Shown: positions 45,876 to 48,207 of the stretch, one piece after another
Layout: every line of letters begins with the position of its first letter
How positions within the stretch are numbered: position 1 is the first letter of the stretch
From: an uncultured Lachnospiraceae bacterium
GTDB taxonomy: Bacteria; Bacillota; Clostridia; Lachnospirales; Lachnospiraceae
NCBI GenBank assembly: GCA_945868485.1
Contig: CAMBLS010000001.1
Location: 1-48,207 of the forward strand
DNA length: 48,207 nucleotides
Direction: 5' to 3'
The notes under the pieces: generated by a model
Seen by the model: only the letters and a program-made list of their open reading frames with translations
Databases searched by the model: none
What the model was told of the DNA's origin: nothing
Position numbers and translations under genes: made by a program

Positions 45876-45916
45876 AAAAGCAGTTTACCTGTAAAGAAAG
45901 CAGGTAGACTGCTTTT
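45876..45916. terminator. Bidirectional intrinsic terminator
   Basis: AAAAGCAGTTTACCTG / CAGGTAGACTGCTTTT stem. Confidence 0.88.
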
Positions 45917-46804
45917 TCACTTGTAACTGATGAGCTCTTTACATATTTCATAGAACTTATCGGAATAAGCGCTTTTCTTTTCCCATATAAAATCAAATTC
46001 ATGCTCCATTTGAAAATCACTGAGTTTAATTTCTTTTAGTCTTTGATTCTGTATTTGCTTTTCGGCTGCAATTCTATAGAGAAAGGAAATACCACAATCT
46101 TTTTCCAAAAGACCGATAATTGTGTGCATGTTTTCCACTTCCGTAAAATGCACAAATTCTGATAAGGAAATTCCTTTCGCTTCAAGATTTCTTTCAAGAA
46201 TGTTTCTTGTTCCGGAACCCTTTTCTCTTATCAAAAGTCTTTCACCCAAAAGGTCTCTTAATTTTTTGGGAGTACCGTGCTTGAATTCATGATGGATTGC
46301 ACATATGGCAACATATTGTTCAATACTGTAATTTACATGTTCATATTCTTCTTTAGGATAATAACCTTCAACCAAGGCGAGGTTTATCTCGCCATACTCC
46401 ATCATTTTTAATAAGTCCTGTGTATTTCCAAAATGAATATGAACATTTATATTTGGATGGTTTTTCAGGAATTCTGCTAATGGAACTATGAGTGCATATT
46501 CGCCCACTGTCATGGTTACTCCAATTGAAAGGCTGGATATGTCCGAAGAGGATGTCTGAATTTCCTGTTTTAACATCTTTTCATCATTGCACAAGGTTTC
46601 AAGTCTGTTATAGAGAATTTTTCCGGCAGAAGTAAGGTGTAATTTTTTATTTTCGTAGATAAAAAGCGGTGCTTGGTAATATTGCTCAAGGTATTTAATG
46701 TGTTGAGAAACAGCAGGCTGCGTAATGTTTAATTCCTCCGCAGCTTTGGTGTAATTCATGTGTTTGCAAACACACAAAAAAGTTTCTACTCGAAAATCAA
46801 GCAT
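45917..46804 (-). CDS. LysR family regulator (YeiE/CysL-like)
   Basis: NYTKAAEELNITQPAVSQHIKYLE HTH and REKGSGTR motif; divergent from a YeiH-family gene. Confidence 0.92.
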   Translation of the reverse strand: MLDFRVETFLCVCKHMNYTKAAEELNITQPAVSQHIKYLEQYYQAPLFIYENKKLHLTSAGKILYNRLETLCNDEKMLKQEIQTSSSDISSLSIGVTMTVGEYALIVPLAEFLKNHPNINVHIHFGNTQDLLKMMEYGEINLALVEGYYPKEEYEHVNYSIEQYVAICAIHHEFKHGTPKKLRDLLGERLLIREKGSGTRNILERNLEAKGISLSEFVHFTEVENMHTIIGLLEKDCGISFLYRIAAEKQIQNQRLKEIKLSDFQMEHEFDFIWEKKSAYSDKFYEICKELISYK

Positions 46805-46845
46805 AGATAATCATTCCTTTCTCATGTTTCCATACTTATTCTATT

Positions 46846-46860
46846 ATAAATATTTCTTAT
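46846..46860. promoter_or_regulatory. LysR-type T-N11-A box
   Basis: ATAA-N7-TTAT in the divergent intergenic region. Confidence 0.5.
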
Positions 46861-46947
46861 TGTATACAAAATATTTATAATTTTTCATTTGGAATACAAA
46901 CCAATATAATAACATTTGAAAATAAATTCAGAAAGGATTTAGTTATT

Positions 46948-47988
46948 ATGTCATATGTAAAAAAATTTGTAAATGTTATTCCTGGTTTTGCAATCGCCCT
47001 TGGGATTGCTGTTATTGCCAAATTACTTGAAAGTCTCCTCCCTATTCGCCTTATAGGAGCATCGGTAATTGCCATGTTCATTGGAATGGTGATCAATGCT
47101 TTTCATCAACCAGGAAACATGATGGCTCCCGGAATAAAATTTACGTCAAAAAAGATATTGAAATTTGCCATTATACTACTTGGTGCAAGTTTAAATATTG
47201 CAACAGTTCTTACCGTTGGACGCAATTCCCTTTTGGTCATGATCTTTACCTTGGCTACATGTTTTGGGCTTGGATATCTATCAGGCCGACTTTTGAAACT
47301 TAACTGGAAAATGTCCAATCTCATTTCAGCCGGAACGGGTATCTGTGGCGGTTCTGCCATTGCTGCCATTGCGCCTGTGATAGAAGCTGAAGATATTGAC
47401 ATTGCTTTTGGGATGTCAGCAACCTTTCTCTTTGATATGGTGATGATAGTTCTTTTCCCCATTTTTGGCAAGTCACTTGGACTTTCAGATGTGATGTACG
47501 GACTTTGGTCAGGAACCGCTGTTAATGATACCTCCAGTGTTGTTGCTGCGGGATTTGCATTTAGTGAAGCAGCAGGCAATTATGCTACAATGGTTAAACT
47601 TACCAGAACATTGGCAATTATTCCTACGGTCATCATATTTGCTCTGGTTAATATGCATCTTAAGAAAAAGGAAAACCGGACCGCTCAAAATGAGAAAATT
47701 AATGTAAATATGAAATCCATTATTCCTTGGTTTATTTTGGGTTTCCTTGCAATGTCATTACTCAACAGTGTTGGAGTGATTCCTGTGGCAGTTTCTTCTG
47801 TGCTAAAGGAAATAAGCAAATTTCTTATGGTTGCGGCTTTAGCTGCCATAGGATTAAATACAAATTTCAAGGAAATGAAAAAGGCAGGGCCGGCGCCCAT
47901 GATTCATGGTTTTATTATTTCTCTGCTGGTCGTGCTTGTTGCTTTAGGCGTAATTATTTTTGAACGCAATGTAGGAATGCTGCAATAG
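46948..47988 (+). CDS. YeiH/UPF0324 family membrane protein (putative sulfate exporter family)
   Basis: GTGICGGSAIAA, GTAVNDTSSV, VKLTR, PWFILGF and ALAAIG motifs. Confidence 0.9.
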   Translation: MSYVKKFVNVIPGFAIALGIAVIAKLLESLLPIRLIGASVIAMFIGMVINAFHQPGNMMAPGIKFTSKKILKFAIILLGASLNIATVLTVGRNSLLVMIFTLATCFGLGYLSGRLLKLNWKMSNLISAGTGICGGSAIAAIAPVIEAEDIDIAFGMSATFLFDMVMIVLFPIFGKSLGLSDVMYGLWSGTAVNDTSSVVAAGFAFSEAAGNYATMVKLTRTLAIIPTVIIFALVNMHLKKKENRTAQNEKINVNMKSIIPWFILGFLAMSLLNSVGVIPVAVSSVLKEISKFLMVAALAAIGLNTNFKEMKKAGPAPMIHGFIISLLVVLVALGVIIFERNVGMLQ

Positions 47989-48036
47989 TGAAAATAGTGA
48001 AAATTGCAAAGGGAACCATCAGGCAGGAGGATTACA

Positions 48037-48135
48037 ATGACTGTCATCCGTCAGGAGAAAGTAAACTGCTTTACAAATATCATTTTGGATGATATGGAAA
48101 TATTATCCGAAAAATATGTTATAACTATATTATAA
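48037..48135 (+). CDS. Possible 32-aa small ORF or gene remnant
   Basis: AGGAGG at 48025-48030, 6 nt before the ATG; MTVIRQEKVNCFTNIILDDMEILSEKYVITIL. Confidence 0.3.
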   Translation: MTVIRQEKVNCFTNIILDDMEILSEKYVITIL

Positions 48136-48173
48136 GGAAAGTGTATGATTACGGAAAGGAGGAAAGAAGACGG

Positions 48174-48207
48174 ATGGCAAAGGAAAGAATTTATGCATGC
48201 ATTGACT
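48174..48207 (+). CDS. Start of a gene running off the window, possibly a Y-family (UmuC/DinB-like) polymerase
   Basis: AAGGAGG RBS; MAKERIYACID resembles the Y.xID(L/M) start of Y-family polymerases; only 11 codons visible. Confidence 0.35.
   Translation, partial: MAKERIYACID

Noticed and set aside
48108-48124. SOS box upstream of the truncated final gene (GAAAAATATGTTAT)
   Set aside because: Too degenerate relative to GAAC-N4-GTTC, and the gene identity is uncertain.
1-48207. Numerous short ORFs antisense to or overlapping long genes in the ORF track (e.g. 10277-10825, 34434-35000, 43996-44523)
   Set aside because: They are shadows of well-supported genes, with no RBS or recognisable motifs.
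1-48207. CRISPR array, tRNA/rRNA, IS element or integrase
   Set aside because: No spaced repeats, structural RNA signatures or transposase/recombinase motifs were seen.

Overview
A chromosomal segment of a low-GC Gram-positive anaerobe (gene content, codon style and sigma-A promoters point to Clostridia, probably Lachnospiraceae-like). No rRNA, tRNA, CRISPR array, transposase or integrase was found. Housekeeping content: glucan phosphorylase, ABC-F ATPase, rubrerythrin, M20 amidohydrolase, S1/HAD/CPBP genes, gltBD, an MCP, a GH13 glycosidase, a PadR-DUF1700-DUF4097 operon, an ECF S component, MarR plus a heterodimeric ABC exporter, and LysR-YeiH. Four regions stand out. (1) An AT-rich islet (36.4-40.6 kb) holds a complete divergent agr quorum-sensing module: agrB, an unannotated 52-aa cysteine-free agrD, agrC, agrA and two consensus LytTR boxes. 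It sits upstream of a secreted prepro-protein and a coupled 4-TM membrane protein, an effector/immunity-like pair. (2) A stand-alone 3000-aa NRPS (A-T-C-A-T-C-A-T-R) has a first A domain lacking the amino-binding Asp, predicting an N-acylated dipeptide aldehyde. (3) A DNA-repair cluster contains a deletion-broken rarA, a radical SAM/TIGR03915-type pair with two LexA-like boxes, and a nuclease-FeS helicase fusion. (4) The gltB leader combines three CodY-like boxes with a terminator containing an ANTAR-like hairpin. All family calls come from motif recognition by eye, not database searches.
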